From: a bacterium
Lineage (GTDB): Bacteria; Sysuimicrobiota; Sysuimicrobiia; Sysuimicrobiales; Humicultoraceae
Direction of reading: 5' to 3'
Length of the DNA: 32,225 nt
NCBI GenBank assembly: GCA_041497675.1
Contig: JBGQGY010000029.1
Coordinates: forward strand, 1 to 32,225
Shown: piece after piece, positions 1 to 9,271 of the stretch
How positions within the stretch are numbered: the stretch's first letter is position 1
Layout of the letters: each line of letters opens with the position of its first letter
The notes under the pieces: generated by a model
What the model saw: only the letters and a program-made list of their open reading frames with translations
Database searches by the model: none
Told to the model about the DNA's origin: nothing
Program-made: the position numbers and the translations under genes

Positions 1-108
1 ATCGACGTCATCAAGTGGAAGGAAGTCTACGAGACGCTTGAGGAAGCGACCGACCAGGGCGAGCACGTCGCTCACCTGTTGGAAGGCATTCACGCCAAAA
101 ACATGTAG
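1..108 (+). CDS. 3' end of DUF47 / PhoU-like phosphate transport regulator (partial, starts before window)
   Basis: Frame 1 reads IDVIKWKEVYETLEEATDQGEHVAHLLEGIHAKNM*, a typical DUF47 C-terminus; it sits directly upstream of a Pit gene, the usual DUF47-pit pairing. Confidence 0.88.
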   Translation: MDVIKWKEVYETLEEATDQGEHVAHLLEGIHAKNM

Positions 109-116
109 GCGCAGCC

Positions 117-1088
117 GTGGTCGTCCTCATCATCCTGATCGCCCTGTGTTTTGACTTCATCAATGGATTTCACGACGCCGCAAACTCCATCGCCACGGTC
201 GTATCCACCCGGGTGCTCAGCCCCCGTCACGCGGTGGTTTGGGCGGCGGTCTTCAACTTTCTGGCGGCCTTTGGCCTGGGGGTCCACGTCGCGACAACGA
301 TCGGCAAAGGCATCGTCGATACCGCGGCGATCACCAATCACGTCGTGCTGGCGGCACTGATCGGGGCGATCACCTGGGGCCTGGTTACCTGGTATGTCGG
401 CCTGCCGGTGTCGTCCTCACACGCGCTGATCGGCGGGCTGGTAGGCGCCGCGCTCGTCGCCACGGGGCCAACCGTGTTGGTCTGGGAGGGTATCAGGCGA
501 ATCTTGATCTTCATCGTGGTGTCTCCACTACTGGGGTTTGGATTGGGACTCGGCTTCATGGTGGCGGTGTTCTGGATCGCCCGGCGGGCCACGCCGTCGC
601 GCGTCGATCGTACCTTCCGCCGGCTGCAGTTGTTGTCCGCCGCACTCTACAGCCTGGGACACGGTACGAACGACGCCCAGAAGACCATGGGGGTCATCGC
701 GGTTGTGCTCTTCACCAACGGCTATCTGGGCTCGACCTTCTATGTGCCCTACTGGGTCGTCTTGATCGCGCACGCGGCCATCGCGGCCGGCACGCTCGCC
801 GGGGGCTGGCGCATCGTCAAGACCATGGGGATGCGGATCACTAAGTTGCAGCCGGTGGGCGGGTTCTGCGCAGAGGGCGCGGCCGCGATCTCGATCTTGG
901 GTGCGTCGTTCGCCGGGATTCCGGTTTCCACCACCCACACCATCTCGGGCGCCATCATGGGCGTGGGCGCGACGCGTCGGCTATCGGCCGTGCGGTGGGG
1001 CGTGGCCACACGAATCGTCTGGGCATGGGTATTGACGATCCCCGCCGCCGCGCTGGTGGCGGGGATCGCCTATCTCGTGCTCAGACTG

Positions 1089-1100
<12 letters not shown>
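117..1100 (+). CDS. pit: Inorganic phosphate transporter, PiT family
   Basis: Signature motifs NGFHDAANSIAT and GHGTNDAQKTMG, plus PVSSSH and PVSTTH; multi-TM hydrophobic profile. Confidence 0.95.
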
Positions 1101-2222
<1,122 letters not shown>

Positions 2223-2334
2223 CGCAAGTACCTCCTGATAACGACCGGGGGGAACCCGAGTCGAGAATGAGCCGGCATTCTGCGCGTGCCCACCGGTTCA
2301 ACCCAACCCTGGTTTGGTAGACCGCGGACACATG

Positions 2335-2386
2335 AAAACGGGCGACGTTTGTTAGTTGCCATCGCCCGCTTCGGAAGACGCAACTA
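2335..2386 (-). promoter_or_regulatory. Structured 5' leader of the helicase (H-type pseudoknot or terminator/antiterminator switch)
   Basis: Minus strand: TAGTTGC pairs with GCAACTA, and CGGGCGATG pairs with CGTCGCCCG followed by TTTT; the two stems interleave. Confidence 0.5.
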
Positions 2387-2400
2387 TGACGGTTACAAGT

Positions 2401-2429
2401 ACCATACCACATTACCAGGTCAAGTGCAA
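2401..2429 (-). promoter_or_regulatory. Putative sigma70-type promoter for the helicase
   Basis: Minus strand TTGCAC-N17-TATGGT with TGTG just upstream of the -10 (extended -10). Confidence 0.5.
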
Positions 2430-2488
2430 CCTGGGCAGTGGGTTGAACCTACCGCAACCTGCTCAAACCCGAGGTGGGCTGGAGCGTC

Positions 2489-2820
2489 CTATTTCGGGCG
2501 CTTGAACCAGTACGTATATATTAACCCCGTGCTGGTTCCCGTTTGAACGCCCGTCTTGGAGACCACCCCTGTGACCGAAATTAGTTCCCCCCCTGTGCGC
2601 CCAGTTCGGGCGCCCTGGAAATTGGGGTAGCCGACCCAGGAAGTTGTTTGCCGTCCTCATATAGGGTAGTGTTTTGTCCTTCTATCGTGAGAACCAAGGT
2701 TTTGTACTCCCAAGTTTGCGCCACAGAGGGGCCTCCTTGTCCTTGCCTGGTCCATACGGCCAGACTCAATAAGATGACAGCCAGCGAAACGACGACCAGC
2801 GACGGAAGTCTGTTTTTCAT
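2489..2820 (-). pseudogene. DUF4177-like small exported protein interrupted by a one-base frameshift in a G7 run
   Basis: SD GGAGG; signal-like N-terminus; WEYK motif; ...ELGAQG then, in the shifted frame, ELISV...YTYWFKRPK*, matching the WEYK...G.GWELVSV...FKRP pattern. Confidence 0.75.
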
Positions 2821-2885
2821 AGCCACCCTCCTCCATTCAGGTATGCGGATAACAGTTTGATACACGCGTGGCGTTGCCCTAATAC

Positions 2886-3272
2886 TCACGCTCGGCGCCC
2901 CGCCGGCGTTGCCCGCCTGCGCGCGAACTTCAGACCGGACCATATCGCGTCGATCGCAGCGATCTTGTAGTCGACCAGCCCCGAGGCGAGCCCTACCGAT
3001 CTGACCACGGCCTCCGAGACGTCGGTCGACACACCCGACGCCTTCTTCGGCCAGGCGATCCAGAGTCCGCCGCCATCGCGCAGCGCGCGTATGGCCGGCG
3101 GCAGTCGACGATCCAGGTCCCCACGGGATCGCGTGAATAGTACGACAAGGTCTGCCCGACCCTTCAAGCGCTCAACCAGACGCACGCCGTCGGGAAGTGG
3201 CCCCAGCGTCCGCGCGAAATCGGTGGGCGCGCCGAGCTTCTTGGGGAGCGGCGTTCCAGAGTACCCGGCCAG
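2886..3272 (-). CDS. DUF3052-like protein (CTG start, short internal deletion; possibly decaying)
   Basis: In-frame extension upstream of the 2886..3185 ORF reads LAGYSGTPLPKKLG; body has LWIAWPKKASGV, GLVDYKIAAIDAIWSGLKF. Confidence 0.75.
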   Translation of the reverse strand: MAGYSGTPLPKKLGAPTDFARTLGPLPDGVRLVERLKGRADLVVLFTRSRGDLDRRLPPAIRALRDGGGLWIAWPKKASGVSTDVSEAVVRSVGLASGLVDYKIAAIDAIWSGLKFARRRATPAGRRA

Positions 3273-3319
3273 GACCCGGGGGGTTCCAATGTATGCGGAC
3301 GATCCGAGCCACGACGCGC

Positions 3320-3799
3320 CTATCCGCCCCCCGGCGATGCGCCCTCCTGAGGGTCTTCGGAGAACTGCACCAGTTCGACGCCGGCCGCCCCGAGCATCTC
3401 GCGGGCGGTCGGATCAGGATAGTCGCCGACAAACACGACGCGGCGGATGCCGGCGTTGAGGATCATCTTTGCGCAAGTCAGACAGGGTTGATGCGTGACA
3501 TAGATCGTGGCACCGTTGATGCTCACGCCGTGATACGCCGCCTGGATAATGGAATTTTGTTCAGCATGCAAACACAGACACGTGTCGAGACCGGTGCCCG
3601 AAGGCGCATCGCTGGCGCATCGGGCGCAGCCGCCGTCGCCGCAGTTCGGTACGCCGCGCGGTGTGTCGTTGTACCCTGTCGACAGCACCATGCGGTCTTT
3701 CACGATCACCGCGCCGACGCGGCGGCGAAGACACGTTGACCGGCTGGCGGCCAGATGCGCCATGCGGCTGAAGTACTCATCCCAGGACGGCCTGCTCAC
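3320..3799 (-). CDS. dCMP deaminase (ComEB-like cytidine/deoxycytidylate deaminase)
   Basis: RPSWDEYF, STCLRRRVGA, TGYN, HAEQN, PCLTC zinc-binding motifs. Confidence 0.93.
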   Translation of the reverse strand: MSRPSWDEYFSRMAHLAASRSTCLRRRVGAVIVKDRMVLSTGYNDTPRGVPNCGDGGCARCASDAPSGTGLDTCLCLHAEQNSIIQAAYHGVSINGATIYVTHQPCLTCAKMILNAGIRRVVFVGDYPDPTAREMLGAAGVELVQFSEDPQEGASPGGG

Positions 3800-3834
3800 G
3801 ACACCACCACCATCGGCATCATCACCATCGATCC

Positions 3835-4557
3835 TCAGGGTCCGAACACAAAGGTGCGCCGAAAACCAGGGCCGAGCTCGGCGACGCTGAGTTTCACCTG
3901 AAACCGGCCCGCGGCGTACGGAGCAACCTCGTACGGGTCGATCAGAAACACCAGACCGTCCTGGTCGACGACGAACCGCTCGAGCTGCAGCGGTGTCAGA
4001 TTCTTTACCTGACCGTTTCGCACGAACGCCGCGCGCTCGTCCCGCTGCAGCTTTTTGATCACCGCATCAGACACGAACCGGCGGTACGGCGCCTCCGGCC
4101 GGAACAGATCGCCCAGGGCCAGCCGCGTCGCCTTCGTCTCGATGACGCCGAAGGTGAACACGACGTAGGCCGGGTTGCCGTGCGCGCCGCCCGTGTACTG
4201 ATACGTGTCGACGACCACGCTGATCAAGCGCGCCGCCGCGAAGGAGCTCACCTTCGGCATCGCCTTGTAGGTGTATGGCGCGCGCGGTTTGTCGGGTCCG
4301 GCGAAGACGCGTCCATGTTCCTGCGTAAACCGGTCGAGTTCGCTTCGGGCCCACAGCGCCAGCATGGTGTTCGCAAAGCGAACAAGCGGCGTGGCGTCCG
4401 AGAACTGCGGGTAGGTCAGTTGAATGTCATAGTAGCCGGGTTTCACGCCCACGGCGCGCTTCATGACCGTGGCCGCCGACGCATTCTGGCAGACGAGCGC
4501 CATGAGCGCGGCCACCAGCAGCCACCTCACGGCGAGCGTGTTGTTCGCCCTTCGCAT
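3835..4557 (-). CDS. Secreted DUF3298/DUF4163 (RsiV/PdaC-like) protein
   Basis: Signal peptide ending ASA-A; YQYTGGAHG motif, LGDLF, PYEVAPYAAG. Confidence 0.82.
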   Translation of the reverse strand: MRRANNTLAVRWLLVAALMALVCQNASAATVMKRAVGVKPGYYDIQLTYPQFSDATPLVRFANTMLALWARSELDRFTQEHGRVFAGPDKPRAPYTYKAMPKVSSFAAARLISVVVDTYQYTGGAHGNPAYVVFTFGVIETKATRLALGDLFRPEAPYRRFVSDAVIKKLQRDERAAFVRNGQVKNLTPLQLERFVVDQDGLVFLIDPYEVAPYAAGRFQVKLSVAELGPGFRRTFVFGP

Positions 4558-4568
4558 GTCGGGGCGAC

Positions 4569-5390
4569 CTAGAGCCGGACCGACTCCCGCACGACCGCGC
4601 CGTACAAGTCAGGCCTGCGGTGCGCCAGAGCGGGCAGTTTCTGCCTGACGCGGCGCAGGCGCTCGAGGTCGACCTCTGCGGTCACCAGACCCGCTTCTTC
4701 TCCACCGTCGGCGACCACCACGCCCATCGGATCGACGACCAGCGAGCGGCCGACGCGGTCGGGGCGCACCTGGTCGGCGGCCGCGATCCAACACGTGTTT
4801 TCCAACGCCCGCGCGCGCACGAGGGTGACCCAGTGCTCTTCCTTGAGCGGCCCGGTCACCCATGAGGTCGGCAGCGCGATGATCTCCGCTCCCCGCAGCG
4901 CCAGGATCCGCGACCATTCCGGAAACCGGATATCGTAGCAGATCTGTAGCCCGATCTTCCCCAGTGGCGTATCAACCACCGGCGGTGGCTCGCTGCCGGG
5001 GATGAAGCGGTCGGATTCGCGGCCGTTGAACGCGTCGTAGAGGTGGACCTTGCGGTAGGCGGCCAGCAGGTCCCCGGTGGGCGAGATCAGCACAGCCGTA
5101 TTGAACGCTTTGTACGACTCGCCGGGCGCCCGTTCGAGGACGCCGGCGACGAGGTGCAGCCTGTGCTCCGTTGCCGCCCGCATGAGCCCCCGCACGAACG
5201 GACCATCCAGCGGTTCGGCCAGCTCGGCCGGGGCTGAGGTCGCATCGTCGCTGCGACGGTGCATGAAGACCTCGGGGAAGATCAGCAGGTCGACGCGTGT
5301 CCGCGCCGCCTCCGCGGACACCTCGACGACCCGGGCCAGGTTTTCGGCCTTCTCGGGCATCGCCCCAAACTGCGCCAGACCCACTCGCAT
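4569..5390 (-). CDS. Carbon-nitrogen hydrolase (nitrilase family amidase, YbeM/Nit-like)
   Basis: Catalytic triad contexts FPE, YRKVHLYD, ICYDIRFPE; RARALEN. Confidence 0.92.
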   Translation of the reverse strand: MRVGLAQFGAMPEKAENLARVVEVSAEAARTRVDLLIFPEVFMHRRSDDATSAPAELAEPLDGPFVRGLMRAATEHRLHLVAGVLERAPGESYKAFNTAVLISPTGDLLAAYRKVHLYDAFNGRESDRFIPGSEPPPVVDTPLGKIGLQICYDIRFPEWSRILALRGAEIIALPTSWVTGPLKEEHWVTLVRARALENTCWIAAADQVRPDRVGRSLVVDPMGVVVADGGEEAGLVTAEVDLERLRRVRQKLPALAHRRPDLYGAVVRESVRL

Positions 5391-5410
5391 CTTCGGTCAC
5401 CTCTCCCGAT

Positions 5411-5678
5411 CTATGCCTTCGACAGCACCCCGGGCTGTCCCGCCCCGGTCGTCGCTTCGGGCAGACGCCGCGGGGTGCCCCGCAGCCGCGGGTCGAGCCG
5501 GTCGCGGAGCCCGTCTCCCATCAGGTTGAATGCCCCGATCGCCAGCGCGATGGCCAGCGACGGCCAGATCAGCAGCAGCGGCATGCGCTGCAGGTAGTTG
5601 CGGCTCTCGCTGACCATGCGCCCCCACGTCGTGGTCGGTGGCGCGAGCCCTGGACGATGATCGGCCCCGCGATGTTGG
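5411..5678 (-). pseudogene. Remnant of a DppC/OppC-type ABC permease (5'-truncated, internal deletion with frameshift)
   Basis: One frame gives NIAGPIIVQGS; a shifted frame gives APPTTTWGRMVSESR...FNLMGDGLRDRLDPR; no start codon or N-terminal two thirds. Confidence 0.85.
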
Positions 5679-6293
5679 TCAGGTCTTACGGCGGATCGCG
5701 TCGAGATCGTCGAGCGTCTTGCCCTCGCTCAACCACTGCCACGTTTCTTTCTCGCGTTGTCGTGCGGCCCGACCCTGTTCGAGCACGGCCTCGATGCGTG
5801 AGGCCGGGATGATGAGCACCCCATCGTCATCGGCGACCACATAGTCGCCGTGGGCCACGTGGACGCCCCCACAGACGATCGGCTCGCCGATCGTACCCCC
5901 GAGATCGAGCCGCCGCGTCGTCAGCGCGGAGACCCCCCGCGCGAAGACGGGCAGCCGGATCTCGGTCAGTTCGACCAGATCGGTGACCGGACCGTCGAGC
6001 ACGGCCCCGGCGATCCCGCAGTTCTTCGCGGCGAGGCCCAGGTTCCCGCCAAACGAGGCATGCCGCAGATCGCCGCCCCGGTGGATCACCAGCACGTCGC
6101 CCGGCCGGCACTCGCGCAGCGCCCGCCGGTAGATCCCATTGTCTCGCGGCGGCGCGCTGATCGTGAAGGCGCGCCCGACGAGCGCAATGGGCCGAAAGAT
6201 CGGCCGGATCTCGATGTCGAGGAATCCCTCATCGAGGAAATGGCCGAGCGTCGACGGTGGAATGTGCTTCAACGTCTCGAGGATGGGATCCAT
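5679..6293 (-). CDS. RraA family protein / HMG-CHA aldolase-like
   Basis: STLGH, VGRAFT, PGDVLVI, GAVLDG.V.D, GDYVVADDDGV; ATG at 6293 (MDPILE) preferred as start. Confidence 0.88.
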   Translation of the reverse strand: MDPILETLKHIPPSTLGHFLDEGFLDIEIRPIFRPIALVGRAFTISAPPRDNGIYRRALRECRPGDVLVIHRGGDLRHASFGGNLGLAAKNCGIAGAVLDGPVTDLVELTEIRLPVFARGVSALTTRRLDLGGTIGEPIVCGGVHVAHGDYVVADDDGVLIIPASRIEAVLEQGRAARQREKETWQWLSEGKTLDDLDAIRRKT

Positions 6294-6348
6294 GTGGGCG
6301 CAGTATCGCGTGGTGGTGGCTTCCCCCTGCGCCCGATGAAGTCCTGTC

Positions 6349-7077
6349 CTACAGCACCCCCTCAAAGGACCGGCGCGCGAGGGACGCGTGGACCCAGTTC
6401 GTCAGCGTCACGATGTCGAAGACCGGCAGCCCCGTGGCGGCTTGGATGCGGTGCGCGTACGGCGGCATGTTCGTACACTCGAGCACCAGCGCGCCGATGT
6501 CCGGGTGCTCGCCGACCAGCCGCCGTGCCACCGTTTCGTGTTCTCGCGCAGAGCGCTCGGGGTCCAGTTCGAGATGATCGCCGACGATCGCGTTTGTGAA
6601 GTGATCCTCTGTTTCCATCCCGGCGATGTGTACGGGGATATCGGCGGTTATCCCAGACTCGCGCAGATGGTCGACGCTGAGCGACGGCGCGTCGATGGTC
6701 AAGATCCCGACCGAGCGTCCGTGGGGGAGCATGCGCGCGACGACCGGCACCTGTAGGAGGCTCGAGGTGAATAGCGGGACACCGACGGCCGCCGCCAGCG
6801 CCGATTGATAGCGCGCCAGAAACCCACAGTTGGTCGTGATGGCGCGCACGCCGGCCGCCTCGAGTTCGCGCGCCGCCTGCACGAACGGGTCGAGCAGCGC
6901 GACGTCCGGGTGCCGGACGACGCGATCGGGGCTGGCGTGTTCGACCACCCGGTAGAGCACCGGGAACGAAAAGGTCCCGGCGTTGCCCATATCACCCGGG
7001 ATTCGCGGGAAGCGGGCCTCCAGCATCAGGATCCCGATCGGAAACCCATAGATACGCTTGCCGCCGCGCACGACCAT
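6349..7077 (-). CDS. Aspartate/glutamate/hydantoin racemase family protein
   Basis: SD GGAGG before ATG 7077; IGILML, PRIPGDMGNA, TTNCGF and LECTNMPP two-cysteine motifs. Confidence 0.88.
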   Translation of the reverse strand: MVVRGGKRIYGFPIGILMLEARFPRIPGDMGNAGTFSFPVLYRVVEHASPDRVVRHPDVALLDPFVQAARELEAAGVRAITTNCGFLARYQSALAAAVGVPLFTSSLLQVPVVARMLPHGRSVGILTIDAPSLSVDHLRESGITADIPVHIAGMETEDHFTNAIVGDHLELDPERSAREHETVARRLVGEHPDIGALVLECTNMPPYAHRIQAATGLPVFDIVTLTNWVHASLARRSFEGVL

Positions 7078-7231
7078 GGTCGGACCGCCTCCACGCCGCG
7101 TGCCCTGGTCCACACGCGTCTGGGCGGACTGGTTCGGTCCGCAAACTCCGATCTCCCTGCAAAAGTAGGGGCTCGAGTCAACATCCGCGAAGACCGGAGG
7201 ATAGACTCGTACAACAGTTAAGGGAGACCCG

Positions 7232-9271
7232 ATGACGCCAGGACTCTCAATCGGTATCGACATCGGCGGGACGTTCACCGACGTCATCGTGGCGGATGCC
7301 TCGGGGGGCATCGCCGCGACGTTGAAGACCCCGTCAATTCCGCAGGCACCGGAGCAGGCGATCTTCAATGCCATCGAAGAGCTCAGACAGGCGGGCGTCG
7401 ATCCCGGCGAGGCCAGCCTCTTCGTGCATGGGACGACGCTGGCCGTCAATACACTGATCGAGCGCAGCGGGGCGACCACGGGGCTCCTGGTCACCCGCGG
7501 CTTCCGAGATATCCTCGAGATCCGGCGCCTGCGTCTGGAGGACCCCACAAACTTCTACGGTGACAAACCGCTACCGTTGGTGCCCCGACACCTGGTCAAG
7601 GAGATCGACGAGCGCTGCCGGGCCGACGGCCGTATCCACCGGCCGCTCGATCTGGATCAGACACGTCGGGCCGTGGCGGAGCTCGTGGCCGGCGGCGTGA
7701 CGGCGGTGGCGATTTGTCTGCTGCACGCGTACAAGAATCCGGTCCACGAACACCAGATCCGCGACCTGATCCGCAGGGAGTTCCCGGACCTGTTTGTCTG
7801 CGCCAGCGCGGACGTGTGGCCTCAGCAGCGCGAATACGAGCGCGGCCTCATCACGGTGATGAACGCCTACATCGGCGCGCGCATGGCACGGTATTTCCGC
7901 GGTCTGGAGGGCGGCACGCGCGCGCGAGGGTTGCGCGCGCAGGTGCTGTCCACCAAGTCCAACGGCGGGGTGATGACGGCCGCGCGGGCGGCGGATGATC
8001 CCGTACAAACGCTGCTGTCGGGGCCCGCGTCGGGCGTCATCGGCGCGGCCCATGTGGCGCGGCTCGCGGGTTTCACGCGGCTGGTCACACTCGACATGGG
8101 CGGCACCAGCGCCGACGTCGCGGTCGTCCAGGGCGATCCGGCCTACTCGACGGAGAACCAGGTCGGCGACTTCCCCGTGATCATGCCGGCGGTGGACGTC
8201 TCGTCCATCGGCGCGGGTGGCGGATCGATGGCGTGGATCGATTCGGCCGGGGTGCTCAAGGTCGGCCCGCGGAGCGCGGGTGCCGATCCGGGGCCGGCCT
8301 GCTACGGCCGCGGTGGTGACCACGCGACGGTGACCGACGCCTACGTGCACCTGGGCATCATCGCCCCGGACCGATTCCTCGGCGGCCGGATGCCGCTGCA
8401 GGCGCCGCTTGCAGAGAGAGCGCTGGCGGTCCTCGGCCGCCGCCTCGGCTTCAGTCCCTCGCAGGCGGCGGAGGCCATCCTCGATGTCGCCACGTCGAAC
8501 ATGTACGCGCAGTTCGTGCCCCTGATGGCCCGCCGGGGCGTCGACCCACGCGATCTGGTCCTGCTGGCCTATGGGGGCGCCGGTCCAACGCACGCCTTCC
8601 TCTTTGCGCACGAAGTCGGCATCCGTACCGTGTTGATCCCGCCGTCACCCGGCACGCTCTGCGCCTTGGGCTGCATCGTCGCAGACCTGCGCAACGACTT
8701 CGTCTCGACAATCTCCCGAACCGATCGGACGCTTGCCGACGACGAACTCGACGCGGCGTTTGGCGACCTCGAGACGCGCGGGCGGCAGTGGCTGGCGGCC
8801 GAGCGCGCCGGTGGCGTCCACCTCGAATCGGCCGGCATCGTGTACAGCGCCGACATGCGCTACAACGGGCAGGCGTTCGAAATCGAAATCTCGATTCCGG
8901 CCGACGAACGCGGGCGTGTGGCCGACGCCGTGCGCCGTTTCCACCACCAGTACCACGAGATCTTCGGTGTGAGCGACGCCGCGGCGCCCGTCGACTTCAT
9001 CAATCTGCGCGCCACCGCGGTCGGCGTGACGCCGAAGGTCTCGCGGTTGGACGCTACGAGACCTGCCGGCGCGGCGCGGCGCGAAACGCGACCGGTCTTT
9101 TGGAGGGGCCGCGTCGAGCAGGCGGCTGTGGTGCCGCGGTCGCTCATCCAGATCGACGACCGCATCGCGGGACCGGCGGTCATCGAGCATTATGACACGA
9201 CGGTATTCGTCCCGCCCGTTTATGCCGTGCGCGGCGCCGCGCACGGCAATCTCATCGGCGAGGTCGCCTAA
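7232..9271 (+). CDS. Hydantoinase A / 5-oxoprolinase family ATP-dependent subunit
   Basis: IDIGGTFTD, HGTTLAVN, SGPASG, DMGGTSADV, GAGGGS, GPRSAGADPGPACYG. Confidence 0.95.
   Translation: MTPGLSIGIDIGGTFTDVIVADASGGIAATLKTPSIPQAPEQAIFNAIEELRQAGVDPGEASLFVHGTTLAVNTLIERSGATTGLLVTRGFRDILEIRRLRLEDPTNFYGDKPLPLVPRHLVKEIDERCRADGRIHRPLDLDQTRRAVAELVAGGVTAVAICLLHAYKNPVHEHQIRDLIRREFPDLFVCASADVWPQQREYERGLITVMNAYIGARMARYFRGLEGGTRARGLRAQVLSTKSNGGVMTAARAADDPVQTLLSGPASGVIGAAHVARLAGFTRLVTLDMGGTSADVAVVQGDPAYSTENQVGDFPVIMPAVDVSSIGAGGGSMAWIDSAGVLKVGPRSAGADPGPACYGRGGDHATVTDAYVHLGIIAPDRFLGGRMPLQAPLAERALAVLGRRLGFSPSQAAEAILDVATSNMYAQFVPLMARRGVDPRDLVLLAYGGAGPTHAFLFAHEVGIRTVLIPPSPGTLCALGCIVADLRNDFVSTISRTDRTLADDELDAAFGDLETRGRQWLAAERAGGVHLESAGIVYSADMRYNGQAFEIEISIPADERGRVADAVRRFHHQYHEIFGVSDAAAPVDFINLRATAVGVTPKVSRLDATRPAGAARRETRPVFWRGRVEQAAVVPRSLIQIDDRIAGPAVIEHYDTTVFVPPVYAVRGAAHGNLIGEVA

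Noticed and set aside
2290..2480. 6S RNA
   Set aside because: Only the outer stem fits; no convincing central bubble with a long inner stem, and the region holds a plausible helicase promoter and leader. A covariance search is needed to exclude it fully
2461..2560. Hairpins GAACCAGTACG/CGTGCTGGTTC and AGCGTCC/GGGCGCT suggesting an ncRNA
   Set aside because: Mostly inside the frameshifted 3' part of the DUF4177-like gene (2489-2580); coding explanation is stronger
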